Source: an uncultured Verrucomicrobiae bacterium (GTDB lineage: Bacteria > Verrucomicrobiota > Verrucomicrobiia > Chthoniobacterales > UBA10450). Taken from it: DNA of 64,000 nt. Position numbers and translations under genes: made by a program. This document shows positions 11,038 to 23,080 of this stretch, piece after piece. The DNA lies in the NCBI GenBank assembly GCA_963772365.1, contig CAVYXA010000001.1, positions 1,632,001 through 1,696,000 of the forward strand. The letters run 5' to 3'. Numbering within the stretch: the stretch's first letter is position 1; every line of letters begins with the position of its first letter. Under the pieces are notes generated by a model that was not told the DNA's origin, ran no database searches, and saw only the letters and a list, made by a program, of their open reading frames with translations.

Positions 11038-13761
11038 ATGTCGCCAAACAAAATGAGGCCGAATCAGAGGCTGTTCATCGCATTAGGTTGTTTTGCCGGA
11101 GCGGTATGGTTTTTCGTCTCGGCATTCTTCTGGCCACCGAGAAGTGCCGTCGCCGAGCAAATCAGCGCGGACAAGAGCACAATCACAGTTGTCCATTCGT
11201 ATTTCAATGATACGTCGTCGCCGCTCCGCGATATGACGCCGATGCCGGTGCAATTTCGTCCGGAGCGTGAGGCCAACGAGAATCCCAGGATCCCACACTT
11301 CCACTTCGACGTTCCCGACCAGGCGCTTCAGGATCCAGCGGTCTCGTTACGCGCGCTCTTGCAACCGAGCATCCCGAGTCCGCTGCTCACATTCGACGGC
11401 ATTCCGTACCCTGGTGTGGGATGCAACTGCGCGCCACCCGATACAAACGGTGCGGTCGGATCGACTCAATATGTGCAGATTGTGAACGAGGCGCTGCAAG
11501 TATTCGACAAGACCACAGGCGCATCGGTTTTGGGCCCGGTTGGAATCTCAACCATCTGGGACGGGTTTGGCGGTGTTTGCCAGAACAACGGCGATGGCGA
11601 TCCGGTCGTTCTGTACGATAAAATCGCCGGCCGCTGGGTCATCAGTCAGTTTGCCGGGGCCGGGGTGCCGACCGATGAATGCATCGCTGTGTCGGCCAGC
11701 GATGATGCAACCGGGTCGTGGCATCGGTACGGTTTCCATCTGGGCACGAATTTTTTTGATTATCCCAAGCTGGGCGTGTGGCCGGACGCTTACTACATGT
11801 CAATGAACGTGTTTAACTCTTCCGGTACGCTTTTTCTCGGGCCGCAGCCGTTCGCGTTCGATCGCGCAGCCATGCTGGTGGGCGTTCCCGCAACTTTTAT
11901 TACTCCGGGTATAACCAACGGCCCTTCCGAAGAAACTTATCTGCCGGCAGATCTCGACGGTTCAACATTACCATCCGCTGGAGCTCCAGAGACATTTGTG
12001 GAATGGCCGAGTGGTTCCCCACTCGTTTACAATGTCTTCCATTTTCACGTCGATTTCGTTACGCCCGCGAACTCGACTTTTACCCTGTTCGCCACGCCGC
12101 CGGCTGCAGGCTTCACACAGCTTTGTTCTACCACGCGCAGTTGTGTGCCGCAATCAGGCACGACTTCCAAACTCGATGGAATAGGCGATCGTCTCATGTT
12201 TCGGGCAGCTTACCGAAATTTCGGTGATCATGAATCGTTGGTGACGAATTACACCGTTTCGGCCAGCGGCCGCGCGGGAGTGCGCTGGATCGAGCTGCAC
12301 AATGTGACGAACGGGCCCGTGACCGTGTTCCAGGAAAGCACTTATTCGCCTGACAGCATATGGCGCTGGATGGGGAGCGCAGCGATGGATCAAGCCGGCA
12401 ACCTTGCCGTTGGGTTTAGCGCTTCCTCATCAACCATTCATCCAGAGATTCGTTATGCGGGGCGGCTGGCAACGGATCCGGTAAACACTTTGGCGCAAGG
12501 CGAGACCACGTTGTTCGCTGGCGCTGGCAGCCAGACAGGCACAAGCAGTCGTTGGGGCGACTACAGCGCGATGACGATTGATCCCGTGGACGATTGCACT
12601 TTCTGGTACACTCAGGAGTACTATGCCACCACTACCTCGTTCAATTGGCGGACGCGCATCGGTAAATTCAAATTCGCGGAATGCCCCCCGAATCCGACTC
12701 CGACTCCGACTCCGACCCCAACTCCCACACCGACGCCGACTCCGACTCCAACCCCAACTCCCACACCGACGCCGACTCCAACCCCGACACCAAGTGCGAC
12801 GCCTACTCCCACGCCGACAATTCAAGTCGTTGTCCAGACAAGTCCCGCTGGCCGCACGTTTAGCGTTGATGGAGTCAATTTCAATTCAGCGCAAACGTTC
12901 ACCTGGATCTCTGGCTCCAATCACACCATGGCCACGACGTCGCCGCAGGACGGCGGCCCCGGGGTGCGCTACAATTGGAAGAAGTGGAATGATCACGGCG
13001 CTATCTCGCACACCGTCGCGCCAACCACGAGCACGACTTACACGGCAACATTTACCACGCAGTATTACCTCACCATGATCGCGGGCACCGGCGGCAAGGT
13101 CTCCCCGGTCAGCAACTGGAAAAACGCCGGCGCGATCGTTTCGATTACAGCCACGCCCACCAACAATAGCCAGGTCAGTTACAGCTTCGACAATTGGATC
13201 GGCACTGGGCCCGGTTCGTATTCCGGAACAAATAATCCGGCCTCCATAACGATGAACGGGCCGATTACCGAAACCGCCTCCTTCACACAGAATCCCGTTC
13301 AGGTCACAGTCCAGACAACGCCCACCGGGCGTGATTTCATCGTCGACGGTACGAATTATAACTCGACTCAGACGTTCTCGTGGGACCCCGGTTCGAATCA
13401 CACGATCGAGACCACTTCACCGCAATTGGGCGACCCTGGTGTCCGCTATGTTTGGAAAAAATGGAGTGATAACGGTGCAATTTCCCACACTGTTGCACCC
13501 ACCACGAACAAGACCTACACGGCCACATTTACCACCCAATATTACCTGACCATGATGCATGGAGTCGGCGGCACCGTCACTCCAGCGAGCAATTGGAAAA
13601 ATCAGGGCGCAGTGATTACAATCAGGGCAACTCCAAGCAACGGATACAGTTTTGTCGATTGGACAGGCGACGGGGCAGGTTCCTATTCCGGAACCAACAA
13701 TCCGGCGTCGATCACGATGAGCGGACCGATTACCGAGACCGCTTCGTTCATCCACAACTAA
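11038..13761 (+). CDS. Large secreted/surface protein: uncharacterised N-terminal domain, (PT)n linker, duplicated C-terminal beta-rich modules (InlB B-repeat-like)
   Basis: Hydrophobic N-terminus, [51 protein letters not shown] linker near 12690-12820, two ~155-aa modules ending [23 protein letters not shown]. Confidence 0.8.
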   Translation: MSPNKMRPNQRLFIALGCFAGAVWFFVSAFFWPPRSAVAEQISADKSTITVVHSYFNDTSSPLRDMTPMPVQFRPEREANENPRIPHFHFDVPDQALQDPAVSLRALLQPSIPSPLLTFDGIPYPGVGCNCAPPDTNGAVGSTQYVQIVNEALQVFDKTTGASVLGPVGISTIWDGFGGVCQNNGDGDPVVLYDKIAGRWVISQFAGAGVPTDECIAVSASDDATGSWHRYGFHLGTNFFDYPKLGVWPDAYYMSMNVFNSSGTLFLGPQPFAFDRAAMLVGVPATFITPGITNGPSEETYLPADLDGSTLPSAGAPETFVEWPSGSPLVYNVFHFHVDFVTPANSTFTLFATPPAAGFTQLCSTTRSCVPQSGTTSKLDGIGDRLMFRAAYRNFGDHESLVTNYTVSASGRAGVRWIELHNVTNGPVTVFQESTYSPDSIWRWMGSAAMDQAGNLAVGFSASSSTIHPEIRYAGRLATDPVNTLAQGETTLFAGAGSQTGTSSRWGDYSAMTIDPVDDCTFWYTQEYYATTTSFNWRTRIGKFKFAECPPNPTPTPTPTPTPTPTPTPTPTPTPTPTPTPTPTPSATPTPTPTIQVVVQTSPAGRTFSVDGVNFNSAQTFTWISGSNHTMATTSPQDGGPGVRYNWKKWNDHGAISHTVAPTTSTTYTATFTTQYYLTMIAGTGGKVSPVSNWKNAGAIVSITATPTNNSQVSYSFDNWIGTGPGSYSGTNNPASITMNGPITETASFTQNPVQVTVQTTPTGRDFIVDGTNYNSTQTFSWDPGSNHTIETTSPQLGDPGVRYVWKKWSDNGAISHTVAPTTNKTYTATFTTQYYLTMMHGVGGTVTPASNWKNQGAVITIRATPSNGYSFVDWTGDGAGSYSGTNNPASITMSGPITETASFIHN

Positions 13762-13856
13762 AACTTCAGTTTCATCGGCGTAACCAAGCTCGCCGAGGCA
13801 GATTTTGCTCGAAGAACGGCGAAAAATCTTTCGTTCCCGCATCCATCTCCGAGTTG

Positions 13857-14144
13857 CTAAGTACCTTCCACGACGATCATGTTCGCCTTCGCCGTGCGAT
13901 GGCGCATTTTGCGCGGCTCGCGGTATTCTACGCTGTTGAGCCAGGACTTGGCGCGCTCCATCGAATCGAATTGCAGCACGACAACGCGCTTCGGATTCCA
14001 ATCGCCTTCGAGCACTTCATTCTTGCCGCCGCGCACGATGTATTTGCCGCCATATTTCTCAACCGTAGCGCCGGCTAACTTTTTGTATTTTTCGTATCCT
14101 GCAGGATCGACAACATCTATGTCAACGATGATGTAGGCCGGCAT
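13857..14144 (-). CDS. DUF1330 domain protein
   Basis: [40 protein letters not shown]. Confidence 0.9.
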   Translation of the reverse strand: MPAYIIVDIDVVDPAGYEKYKKLAGATVEKYGGKYIVRGGKNEVLEGDWNPKRVVVLQFDSMERAKSWLNSVEYREPRKMRHRTAKANMIVVEGT

Positions 14145-14180
14145 GATGAAATGAAGGTCGAAGGATAAGGATGAAATAAA

Positions 14181-14906
14181 CTAATGGCCGTTACCGCTGT
14201 CTTTGGCGGCCAGCTCGGGAATTCTTTTGCGACGACGGAGACGCAGCCAATTGTTCCAAGTTTTTCGCAGACTGTCGCGCGGAGTGAGATATTTTTGGTT
14301 GAGCTCGTTGCTCTTGACGATCTGGGCCAGAATCCCTTTTACCGAAAGATCGTCGGTGTTCAGGATCGTGTAAGCAGTGCCGACGGCGGCGGCATGGTGC
14401 GCGTCGCTGGCCGCGATCATCGGCAGACCGCGAATCTGCGCGTACTTGAAAGCGTACCGGTTGTAACGGCGCAAGGTGGTAGCAGCGTTGAAGACTTCGA
14501 TAGCATCCACTGGCAGGGTCTCCAATGTCGCGAAACGGATTCCGGCGCGGAACAGATCGTAGGGATGTGGAGGAATGGCGAGACCGCCGCGTTCGTGGAT
14601 TAAGTCGCAAACTTCGCGAGATGGTTTTCCTTTCAGGTAAGGCAATTCCGCCCCGATACAGAGCAGATGGCCATCGGCAGTGGTGACTTCGACTCCGGGC
14701 AAAACCAAAAAGCCATCAACCGCCTGACCATCCAGCCGCATCAAACCTTTCTCCAGCAGGTAATTGATGGCATCGCAGGTGTTGTGATCAGTAATTGCGA
14801 TGCCATGCAGGCCTTTCGCACGCGCCGCCGCTATCAAATCCTCCGGGCTGGAAACACCATCGCCGGAAAAGAAGCTATGGGTATGGAGGTCGAAGTTGAA
14901 CGGCAT
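14181..14906 (-). CDS. PHP-domain metal-dependent phosphoesterase
   Basis: DLHTHS, AITDHN, GVEVTTADGH, PHP, SDAH motifs. Confidence 0.9.
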   Translation of the reverse strand: MPFNFDLHTHSFFSGDGVSSPEDLIAAARAKGLHGIAITDHNTCDAINYLLEKGLMRLDGQAVDGFLVLPGVEVTTADGHLLCIGAELPYLKGKPSREVCDLIHERGGLAIPPHPYDLFRAGIRFATLETLPVDAIEVFNAATTLRRYNRYAFKYAQIRGLPMIAASDAHHAAAVGTAYTILNTDDLSVKGILAQIVKSNELNQKYLTPRDSLRKTWNNWLRLRRRKRIPELAAKDSGNGH

Positions 14907-14935
14907 TTGGCGCAAGCTACGTTGCCCCGCGCAAA

Positions 14936-15497
14936 ATGGAAAGCGTCGGATTCAAGGAATGGGCGGTCGTCTGCGAGGCGCTTGGCTGCGGGGAGCAGAC
15001 CGTTATTTTGCGCAAAGGTGGGATTGCCGAAGGGCGCGGCGGGTTCCAATTTCGGCACCAGGAATTCTTTCTGTTTCCAACATGGTTCCACGAGCAACCG
15101 GCAAAAGTGCGGGGCAGCGGTTTCGAATTTCCGCCGCCCGCCCCTGATAAAATTGATATCAAATATTTTGCGAGGATCGACAGCTCGAGCGTGATCACGT
15201 CCTGGAAAACAGCCGAAGCGCTCGAAGCTTTTCACATTTTGCGACCCGAAGTCGTCCGCGAGCGATTCGATTATAAAAAAGGGCCGAGCCTGCACGTCGC
15301 GTTTGTGCGCGATATTTCGACTTCAACCACCGTGGATACTTGCTGTCGAGAAGAGATACGGCGGCTGTCGATCCTGGGTGGACCTACCGGAGCCTGCGGC
15401 AGATCTTCACTTGGAACCGGTCCTCACCGATTCTGAACATGGCCGCCGGCGAAGTGAATTTTGCGAGATTATCCGTACGGTTACCGTGGCCGCCTGA
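14936..15497 (+). CDS. DUF1802 family protein (apparent frameshift near 15310)
   Basis: FKEWAVVCEALGCGEQTVILRKGGIAE, FFLFPTWFHEQ, then YGGCRSWVDL in the next frame. Confidence 0.85.
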
Positions 15498-15499
15498 GT

Positions 15500-17374
15500 T
15501 CAGGCAAGCGTGTCGACCAGCGTCTCGAACTTGTCAGGAACAGTCTCGGCCCGATGGAACTGTAGATCGTAGAACTTGCGATAATAGCCCGATTTATCGA
15601 GCAACTCGGCGTGTGTTCCCACCTCTTTGATCCGTCCTTCGTGCATCACGACTATCTGATCTGCTGAGAGAATCGTAGAGAGCCGATGGGCAATGGCGAT
15701 CACGGTGCGTCCTGCGCAAAGGCGTTCGAGCGCCTCCTGAATTTGCTTTTCCGACTCCGAGTCAAGAGCCGAAGTGGCTTCATCCAGCAGCAGAATCGGC
15801 GCGTTTTTCAGAAGAGCCCGGGCGATGGCGACACGCTGTTGCTGCCCACCGGAAAGAAGACAGCCTTTGTCGCCGATCACGGTTTGATAACCTTTCGGTT
15901 GCGCAACAATGAAATCGTGGGCGCAGGCTGCTTGCGCCGCTGCCTGAACTTCCGCCGCGGTCGCGTCGAGACGGCCGAACTGGATATTTTTGAAAATCGT
16001 GTCGTGAAACAGAAACGTATCCTGGGTAACCAGGCCGATGTTTTCCCGCAACGAACGTTGCGTGATGTCGCGCAAGTCGTGTCCATCGATCATCACGCTG
16101 CCGTTGGTCGGATCATACAGGCGCAAAATCAGGGAGAGCACCGTTGACTTGCCCGCGCCACTCGCGCCAACGAGAGCATAACTTTTTCCCGGTTCGATTC
16201 GAAGGTTAAGATCGGCAACTGCATCGGACGTGCCCGTCTCGTAGCGAAAGGTCACATTCTCGAAGTCGATCCGACCAGCGCACGATTGCAAATCCTTCGC
16301 ACCCGGCCGGTCTTTCACGGTCGGGTCCGAATCGAGAATCCGAAACATCTCCTTCGTCGCAGAGATGGATCGCTGCAAAATAATGTGAATTTTGCTCAGC
16401 GTCTTGATTGGACCGTAGAGAAGAAAAATTCCCGAGATCAGTCCAAAGAAACGGCCGGCCCCCAGGTTCACTGTGTAAACGTAGAGCAGAGCCAACCCTA
16501 TTCCCGAAGCAGCGATCGTTTCCACCAGTGGGCCAACCGCTTCGGTGGCGCGGATCATACGCATCATCTGCTTAAACTGATGCTGGTTACTGCGCCGAAA
16601 TGATTCTTCCTGATGCTTCTCGCGCCCGAAGGATTTGATGACCCGGATCCCGGCGAATGTCTCCTGCATGGTCACAACCATTTGCCCCATTTCTTCCTGC
16701 TGACCCTGCACCGCTCCGCGCGCTCGCTTGCCGTAGATGCGAATCGGCAGCATGCAAATTGGAAAAAGAATGAGAGTTACAACGGTAAACTTCCAATCCA
16801 TCAGAAGCAAAACAGTGACTCCACCGACAATTGCGACCGGCTGCTTGAAAAGATCGCTGCTCACGGTGCCAAGGGCCATCTGCATAAAGCGCGTATCATT
16901 GGTAATGCGGGACATGAGGACACCGGCCCGCGTTTTGTTAAAGAAATCCATCGAATTCCGCACCATTTTGCCAAACAGATCGGAGCGGATATCGCTGACA
17001 ACTTTGTTGCTCACCCACTGCATGTAATAGCCGTTGAGGTAATCGAACAGGCTGCGCACCATCATGATCAGCGGAATGGACAGGCAGATAGTCGCAATGG
17101 AATTGACCCTTGGGCCGTGACTGAGCAGTTCCGGGTGAGATCTTAGCGCGGACAGGTTCGGTGCTCTGCCGTGAAAGATGAAACTCGTGACTCTGGCGAC
17201 GGCTAATGGAAACAAGGAATTAACGAGACCGAAAGCAAAGCCAAACGCCAGACCCAGGACAAACCGCCACCTGTAAGGCGCGACATAGGTATAAAGACGC
17301 CGGTAGGGGCCCCATGCCTGCCGTATCGTGACCAAGAAGCTTTGTTTGGGTTTTCGACATTTACCCGGGATCAT
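15500..17374 (-). CDS. msbA: MsbA-like lipid A/glycolipid export ABC transporter (fused TMD-NBD)
   Basis: Multi-pass TM domain, Walker A GASGAGKST, LSGGQQQR signature, LLLDEATSALD. Lies in the LPS glycosyltransferase cluster. Confidence 0.8.
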   Translation of the reverse strand: MIPGKCRKPKQSFLVTIRQAWGPYRRLYTYVAPYRWRFVLGLAFGFAFGLVNSLFPLAVARVTSFIFHGRAPNLSALRSHPELLSHGPRVNSIATICLSIPLIMMVRSLFDYLNGYYMQWVSNKVVSDIRSDLFGKMVRNSMDFFNKTRAGVLMSRITNDTRFMQMALGTVSSDLFKQPVAIVGGVTVLLLMDWKFTVVTLILFPICMLPIRIYGKRARGAVQGQQEEMGQMVVTMQETFAGIRVIKSFGREKHQEESFRRSNQHQFKQMMRMIRATEAVGPLVETIAASGIGLALLYVYTVNLGAGRFFGLISGIFLLYGPIKTLSKIHIILQRSISATKEMFRILDSDPTVKDRPGAKDLQSCAGRIDFENVTFRYETGTSDAVADLNLRIEPGKSYALVGASGAGKSTVLSLILRLYDPTNGSVMIDGHDLRDITQRSLRENIGLVTQDTFLFHDTIFKNIQFGRLDATAAEVQAAAQAACAHDFIVAQPKGYQTVIGDKGCLLSGGQQQRVAIARALLKNAPILLLDEATSALDSESEKQIQEALERLCAGRTVIAIAHRLSTILSADQIVVMHEGRIKEVGTHAELLDKSGYYRKFYDLQFHRAETVPDKFETLVDTLA

Positions 17375-18396
17375 ACCGTGTGCGCCGCCGGCGCCGGCAG
17401 CAGGCCACTGATAGCATCGATGACCGTTTCCGTCGAGATTTGATTCATGAAGGCGCGTGCCTGCTTGGGGGAAAACTCGGTCACAGGGGCAGGCGATTCC
17501 CCTCGCAAAATTGTGACGGGACTTTCTCGCGGCCGCCAGTGAAATGGATTGGTTGGCCCAAACAAGACCACTTGTGGCGTCTGCATCGCCGCGGCCAAAT
17601 GCATCGGCGCGGAATCAACTGTGACAAGCAACTGTGCCCGGCCAATCAACGCTGCGAGAGTGAGCAAGTCGGTCCTGCTGGAAAGATCGACAACCGATTG
17701 CCGCAGCGTCCCCTTAATCCGCCGAACCTGCTCACGATCGAATTCGGAAGAAGCGCCCTAATGACCGCCTTGAAGCCCCAGTTCAATTGCACATACTCGA
17801 TAATCGCTGCCCAGCGGTCCGCTTCCCATAATTTTTCCGACCCGGGCAGCGCCGGGATGAAAAATGACAAATGGATGGTCGATGCTGTTATCGCGGCAGA
17901 GTTGGTCCGCTTTGGCGCAGGCTTCCCGCGGTAGATCGAGATGCAGTTTCGGCAAGGCGTCCTGAATACCGAGGGGCTGAAGCAGCGCCGAGATGATAAT
18001 CGCTCGTATGCATCGTGTGCATCCGCGCTTGGACAAATTCGTTATAGATTCGAGAGCGCCGCGCCGATTTTCTGCTCCACTTTGTCCGAAGCAATCCGTT
18101 TGCTCGCGCCGGAAAGAAACGCAAGCGCGGCTGATCGATCGTTCTGCGTGAAATCGATGCAGTAATCGAATTTCTCGCCCGGCTGCTGTGGCGAAGAACA
18201 CGCCGATGTCTCGTAACTTTCGCCGCACTAACAAAGGTCCGATCCACATTGGAAATCGCGGGGGCCAATTCCTTGCACTCACTGGAAATCACAAAGTGAT
18301 TTGGGACTCAGGAAATTGTTTTCCGCATGGCGTCGATCGCCGGTGTGGTCAAAATCAGGTCCCGATTCGTCTGAGCTGAAGAAGGAGAATTTTCAT
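17371..18396 (-). CDS. Glycosyltransferase family 9 (LPS heptosyltransferase-like; several apparent frameshifts)
   Basis: Start MKILLLQLRRIGDLILTTPAI, then FVIFHPG, LAALIGRAQLLVTVDSAPMHLAAAMQTPQVVLFGPT. Confidence 0.85.
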
Positions 18397-18433
18397 CGGA
18401 GGGAACACCGTGGATTCCGCAGTGAAGCGATAA

Positions 18434-19670
18434 TCAGGAACCGCCGTTGCCGTGGATTTTCATTGCCACTGCGTAAGCGTCGAGCAGGCGTGACCGAAAG
18501 TGGTCCCAGGTAAAATTTTCCACTACTCGTTTGCGTGCGGCCCGACCCATTTTTCGATGAGATCAGGGTCTACGATAAAATCGCTCGATTCCTGCGGCGA
18601 TAGCATCGACATCTCCCGGCCGGACGATGATCCCCTCGATACCATCGCGCACAACATCGCCCGCCTCCCGGGTAGTGATTAACGGCAAAGCCACAAGCCG
18701 CGGCTTCGTAAACAACTTTCGCGCTTCCTTCCCATTGCGACGGAAAAATGTAAATGGTTCTTTGGTTAAGATAATTCTCAGGATCCTTCACGAACCCGAC
18801 GTACCGAATGTTATCGCGCCAAAACTCCCGCAAAAACGGTCTGGCCTCGTCATGCACAGCGCCCACCAACCATAGCTCCGCATTAGGCAAGTTTAGCCTA
18901 TGCCACGCCTCGAGCAGGTGGTGAATGCCCTTGCGCTTGATCAAGGCCCCGGAAAAAATCGCGCGAAATTTCGCCGGACGCTTTCCCGGCTTGAAACGCT
19001 CCGCATCTACGCCGCGCGGCAGATAAAACAATTTCTCTTCCGGGAAACCCTGGACCCGAAAAGTATCGGCGGCCATCTCGGAGAGGACGAGAAGCAAATC
19101 GGCCAGCTCGTATTCTTCAATGAAACGCTGTCGCTGAAGCACGAGGCCGGCTTTCCATTTTTCAAACCACGAAGCATTGCTTGGCGACCCTGACGGGACA
19201 GGTTCATCGATTTTCACTTTCGCGCCATCGCGATGCCAGGTCGGAATTTCGAGAATGGAAGGGATTCCAAGTTGTTTTGCTACGCGCAGCGACAGCAGGC
19301 AATCGCCCGACCAACTGTGAAATAGATCGTATTGTCCACTGGCCAGATGTCGTGAGGTGATCCAGTCGAGGTATTGCTTCTTGGCGCCGTAATAATACGG
19401 CCGATCCAGGAAGGAGATCAGACGCACGGGATGCCAGCGCAGCGAATGAATGTAGCGCGCCGGAATTTCTCTCTGCCGATTGTCGTAGGCCACGGCTTTG
19501 CCCAGAAAACCGCCACGATACGATGCCCGCAAAGTTTCAAACGCATCCGTGTCCAGGCCCGAACCCCCGATCCGGGCAAAGATCGAGTAGACCAAATGCT
19601 TTGGTAAAACTCGCCTTTCCCGGGAAACAGGATGAGACAATGAGGGCGCGTTTAGAGTTTCACCCAACAT
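18434..19670 (-). CDS. Glycosyltransferase family 4 (apparent frameshift near 18690)
   Basis: FSGALIKRKGIHHLLEAW, FPSQWEGSAKVVYEAAACG. The alternative frame continues ..MGRAARKRVVENFTWDHF to a stop at 18434. Start uncertain. Confidence 0.85.
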
Positions 19671-19703
19671 GAGATTCCAATTAGTCTGGCAAATATTAGC
19701 ATT

Positions 19704-20807
19704 GTGTCGAACCGGAAACTAACCATCGGATTCGTCCGCCGCGGCTACTCCTCCAGCGGCGGCGCCGAAACTTACCTTAAGCGGCTCGCGCGCGGCATTG
19801 TCGATCTTGGATACAATACGCCTCTCTTTGCCACGGTGGATTGGCCGGCCTCGGAATGGCCATTCGGCCCAATCACGCAAATCCGCGCAACATCGACAAT
19901 TGGATTTGCCGATGAAATGGAAAAATTGCCTGCGGAATCACCATGCGATGTTTTGCTAAGCTTGGAGAGAATCTGGCGATGCGACGTTTACCGGGCCGGC
20001 GATGGAGTTCATCGCGCCTGGCTGAACCGACGAAGAAAGTTCGAGATGCCGCTCGAACGATTCGTCCGCGGCCTCAATCGGAAGCATCGCGACATTCTGC
20101 GATTGGAGGAGGCTCTGCTGGCCCGCGGCGGAGCCGGTGGAGTAATCGTTAATTCGCAGCTCGTGGAAAACGAAATTGTCGATCTTTACGGTTATCCTCG
20201 CGACAAGATCCACCTCATTCGCAACGGCCTTCCCCTCCAGCAATACGAATTTAATCCGGCTCTGGGAGAAGAAACGCGCGACCGTTTGAAATTGAAGCCG
20301 GACGAAACCGTGCTGCTTTTTGCCGGATCGGGCTGGGAACGCAAAGGCCTGTTGTTTGCCATTGAGGCGATGGCGTTGTGCAAAAATTCCAGGATGCATT
20401 TGCTCGTGGCCGGTCGAGGGAATACGCGAGCCTACAAATCCAAGCGCGTTCATTTTTTCGGCGAGGTCGATGATCTCCGGCCGTTCTATGCGGCCGCAGA
20501 CATTTTCATTCTGCCTACGATTTATGATCCGTTCTCGAACGCCTGCCTGGAAGCGCTGGCCTGCGGTTTGCCTGTGATCACGACGCGCGCCAATGGTTTT
20601 AGCGAAATCATGGAGGATGGCGTGGACGGCTCGATTGTCGATCTTCCCAATGACATGATGGCCTTGCGCGATGCCATCCAATTCTGGTCGGACGAATCCA
20701 GGCGCGCCGAGGTCAGATCAAAAATCATCGAACACGCGTCGCAATTCCCCATTTCGGAAAACGTCCAGCAAACGCTGTCGATCTTGGCCGGCCTGCGCTC
20801 TGGTTAG
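19704..20807 (+). CDS. Glycosyltransferase family 4 (WaaG/RfaG-like)
   Basis: GGAETYL, YRAGDGVHRAWL, FAGSGWERKGL, LPTIYDPFSNACLEALACGLPVITT. Confidence 0.9.
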   Translation: MSNRKLTIGFVRRGYSSSGGAETYLKRLARGIVDLGYNTPLFATVDWPASEWPFGPITQIRATSTIGFADEMEKLPAESPCDVLLSLERIWRCDVYRAGDGVHRAWLNRRRKFEMPLERFVRGLNRKHRDILRLEEALLARGGAGGVIVNSQLVENEIVDLYGYPRDKIHLIRNGLPLQQYEFNPALGEETRDRLKLKPDETVLLFAGSGWERKGLLFAIEAMALCKNSRMHLLVAGRGNTRAYKSKRVHFFGEVDDLRPFYAAADIFILPTIYDPFSNACLEALACGLPVITTRANGFSEIMEDGVDGSIVDLPNDMMALRDAIQFWSDESRRAEVRSKIIEHASQFPISENVQQTLSILAGLRSG

Positions 20808-20816
20808 GCCCAGTTG

Positions 20817-22991
20817 CTAATGCAACAATTTCTCGAGCGAGGGGTCACGATCGCTGCCGAGCGCCGTGGCTTTCGCATAGTGTTGCCTGGCGAGTTCTTT
20901 CGCCGGCGGTTCGGCGGTGGCATAAATCACCGCCAGATTGAAATGCGCGTCGGGATAATTGGGATTATTGGCCAGCGCCGCTAGCAATTCCTTTTCGGCT
21001 GCTTCCTGCCAGCCCTTCTGGCTGGCCGTGATCCCGAGATAATTATGAGCCGTGGCGCTTTTGGGATTGATCGCCAGCGCCTTGGTCAGTTCGGTGAGCG
21101 CAGCATCGAATTTCGATTGCCGATAGTACACGATCCCCAGTGTGGTATGAGCGAATTCGTCCCGGGGCGAGACCGCGACGGCTTTTTTCAACGTTAACTC
21201 CGCAGCCTTGAATCGGCCGGTGCGGAAATAAACAACACCAAGATTCGAGAGGGAATAAAGATTGTTCGGGCTCTTGATCAAAATCTCCTGATATTCTTTT
21301 TCAGCCGAACGATATTTGCCGCGCCCAAAATTCTGCTTCGCTTCGCGCGCCATCGGTAGCAAATCGTCCGGCAGGTCCGGTTTGAATCCGCTACCGCCAA
21401 TCTCCCCGGGGTTTTGTTCCGGAGCGTCCAATTTGTTAGCCGCATCGTTGTCATCATCGCCGGCATTGATCGTGACCGAAGTGGCGGTCGTTTTCTTGGC
21501 ATAGGCGAAACTCGCTTTCATCGTCGCGGGATTATTGTCCGAAATGGAAACAATGGGTTGCCGAAGAAGAGCTAGTTCGTCATCAGTCAACTTCGTGACC
21601 GGTTGGGCCAAAAGCTCGATCTGTTTGTTAAGCGTGTCGGATTTGATCCGAAGCTTGTCGAACTCTGCCAGCATCAATTTCTTGGCCTGCTCGCGGCGGG
21701 CTTCCTCCTGCCGCTCGCGCAAAACGATATTCCGCAGCATCTCATTCTCTTTGCGCAGGCGCATGGTTTCTTCCGCCGTCGCGCCTACCAATTTTGCTTT
21801 CGTGAGCTGGCTGGCCATCGAATCCAATTGCCCGCGCAGGTCCGCCACCATGACTTCGTAATCGCGGTTCTGTTTCTGGCTGGTGGCTAGTTGCTGTTGC
21901 AACTGGCCGATCTGACGTTTCACCTCAGCCAACTGCTGCTCCTTTTTTGGCTTGTCCTCGCTCAATTCCTGAACTGCCTTCTCGGCGGCAGCCAATTTCT
22001 TCTGCAATGTGGAATTTTCCGCCAGTAGCGCGTCGACACGCTGTTGGGCGTCTTTCGTTCCTTTGGCCTGAGCCAGGGCGTCATCCCGCTCTTTTGTCAT
22101 CGCGGTCAGACGCTTTTCCGCCTCGGCTATTTTCGTTTCCTTTTCCTTTTCGGCGGCGGCAACTTTTGTCTCTTTTTCCTTTTCCGCCGCGGCCCGGGCC
22201 GCTTCGGCGGCGAGCACGGCATCTTTTAGCCGTTTGATCTCGGCGCGCAAATCTCCCTCAGCCTTAGTATTCTTCTGGTCGGTTGCGGTCTGCGCTTTTT
22301 TTAATGCTTCCTGAGCCTTGACCAACTGGTCGCGTAGCTGGCGATCCGCGCCTTTCGGTTTCTGCAGGTCAGCCTGCGCCTGGTCCAGTTTCGAGTGGGT
22401 GTCTTTCAAACGGCTGTTGAGATCTTCTTTTTCCTTCTGAGCGACACCAAGCTGATTGCGTGATTTATCGAGCTCGGCCTGCAACTGATCCACTCTGGCG
22501 TTCAATTGCTTCGTCGCTTCCCGGATTGCGACTATCGGCGCCTGCGCGGGAGGTTCGGGAGCTCGCGTCGTTGTCGATGCATTTTTTGAGGCCGAAATTT
22601 CGGCGCTCGGCTGCCGCGAAGCGGTCGTCTTTTGTTCAGGCGCCGCTTCTGTTTCTGGCGGCGGCTCCGAAGTGGCGGCAAGATCTTTTTGCGTGGCAAT
22701 CTCGTCCTGAAGCCGGAGAATACTTTCGCTGATCTTGCGGCCGCGATAATCGACAATCGCCGGCTGCCAGTCGCCGTGATTCTTGCGGATTTCCTCGATC
22801 AAACTTCCAGCGAACCGATATTTTGCCAGCGCGGCTTTGAACTGGTTATCGTGCTCGAGTTTCTCGGCCTGTTGCGCGGTCATGTAGGCCTTGAGGAATA
22901 TCTCGCTCGGATCATCGGCCTGAGCGGAGAGACGCGGGGAAAGAAGTGCAAAAAAGAAACCGGCGAATAGAATCGACCCTATTCTTTTCAT
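20817..22991 (-). CDS. Exported coiled-coil protein with C-terminal TPR repeats
   Basis: Signal peptide MKRIGSILFAGFFFALLS, long heptad region, TPRs (SNLGVVYF, AHTTLGIVYY, AHNYLGI, AHFNLAVIY). Confidence 0.85.
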   Translation of the reverse strand: MKRIGSILFAGFFFALLSPRLSAQADDPSEIFLKAYMTAQQAEKLEHDNQFKAALAKYRFAGSLIEEIRKNHGDWQPAIVDYRGRKISESILRLQDEIATQKDLAATSEPPPETEAAPEQKTTASRQPSAEISASKNASTTTRAPEPPAQAPIVAIREATKQLNARVDQLQAELDKSRNQLGVAQKEKEDLNSRLKDTHSKLDQAQADLQKPKGADRQLRDQLVKAQEALKKAQTATDQKNTKAEGDLRAEIKRLKDAVLAAEAARAAAEKEKETKVAAAEKEKETKIAEAEKRLTAMTKERDDALAQAKGTKDAQQRVDALLAENSTLQKKLAAAEKAVQELSEDKPKKEQQLAEVKRQIGQLQQQLATSQKQNRDYEVMVADLRGQLDSMASQLTKAKLVGATAEETMRLRKENEMLRNIVLRERQEEARREQAKKLMLAEFDKLRIKSDTLNKQIELLAQPVTKLTDDELALLRQPIVSISDNNPATMKASFAYAKKTTATSVTINAGDDDNDAANKLDAPEQNPGEIGGSGFKPDLPDDLLPMAREAKQNFGRGKYRSAEKEYQEILIKSPNNLYSLSNLGVVYFRTGRFKAAELTLKKAVAVSPRDEFAHTTLGIVYYRQSKFDAALTELTKALAINPKSATAHNYLGITASQKGWQEAAEKELLAALANNPNYPDAHFNLAVIYATAEPPAKELARQHYAKATALGSDRDPSLEKLLH

Positions 22992-23063
22992 CCGACAGCG
23001 AGGCGGAATGATAGTCCGCTCCTGTCCAGTTGCAATCCAGCCTTCCACGCGGTTTTGAGAATA

Positions 23064-23080
23064 AGCGGAGAGCGTGCCAA
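23064..23080 (-). promoter_or_regulatory. Candidate sigma-54 promoter for the TPR gene
   Basis: Minus strand TTGGCACGCTCTCCGCT with GG and GC at canonical -24/-12 spacing, ~70 nt upstream of ATG 22991. Confidence 0.45.

Noticed and set aside
12688..12820. Tandem CCGACT-like repeat as a non-coding VNTR, or the alternative poly-GV and SD-repeat ORFs
   Set aside because: Third positions vary while Pro-Thr is conserved, so it is a coding linker of the + strand protein.
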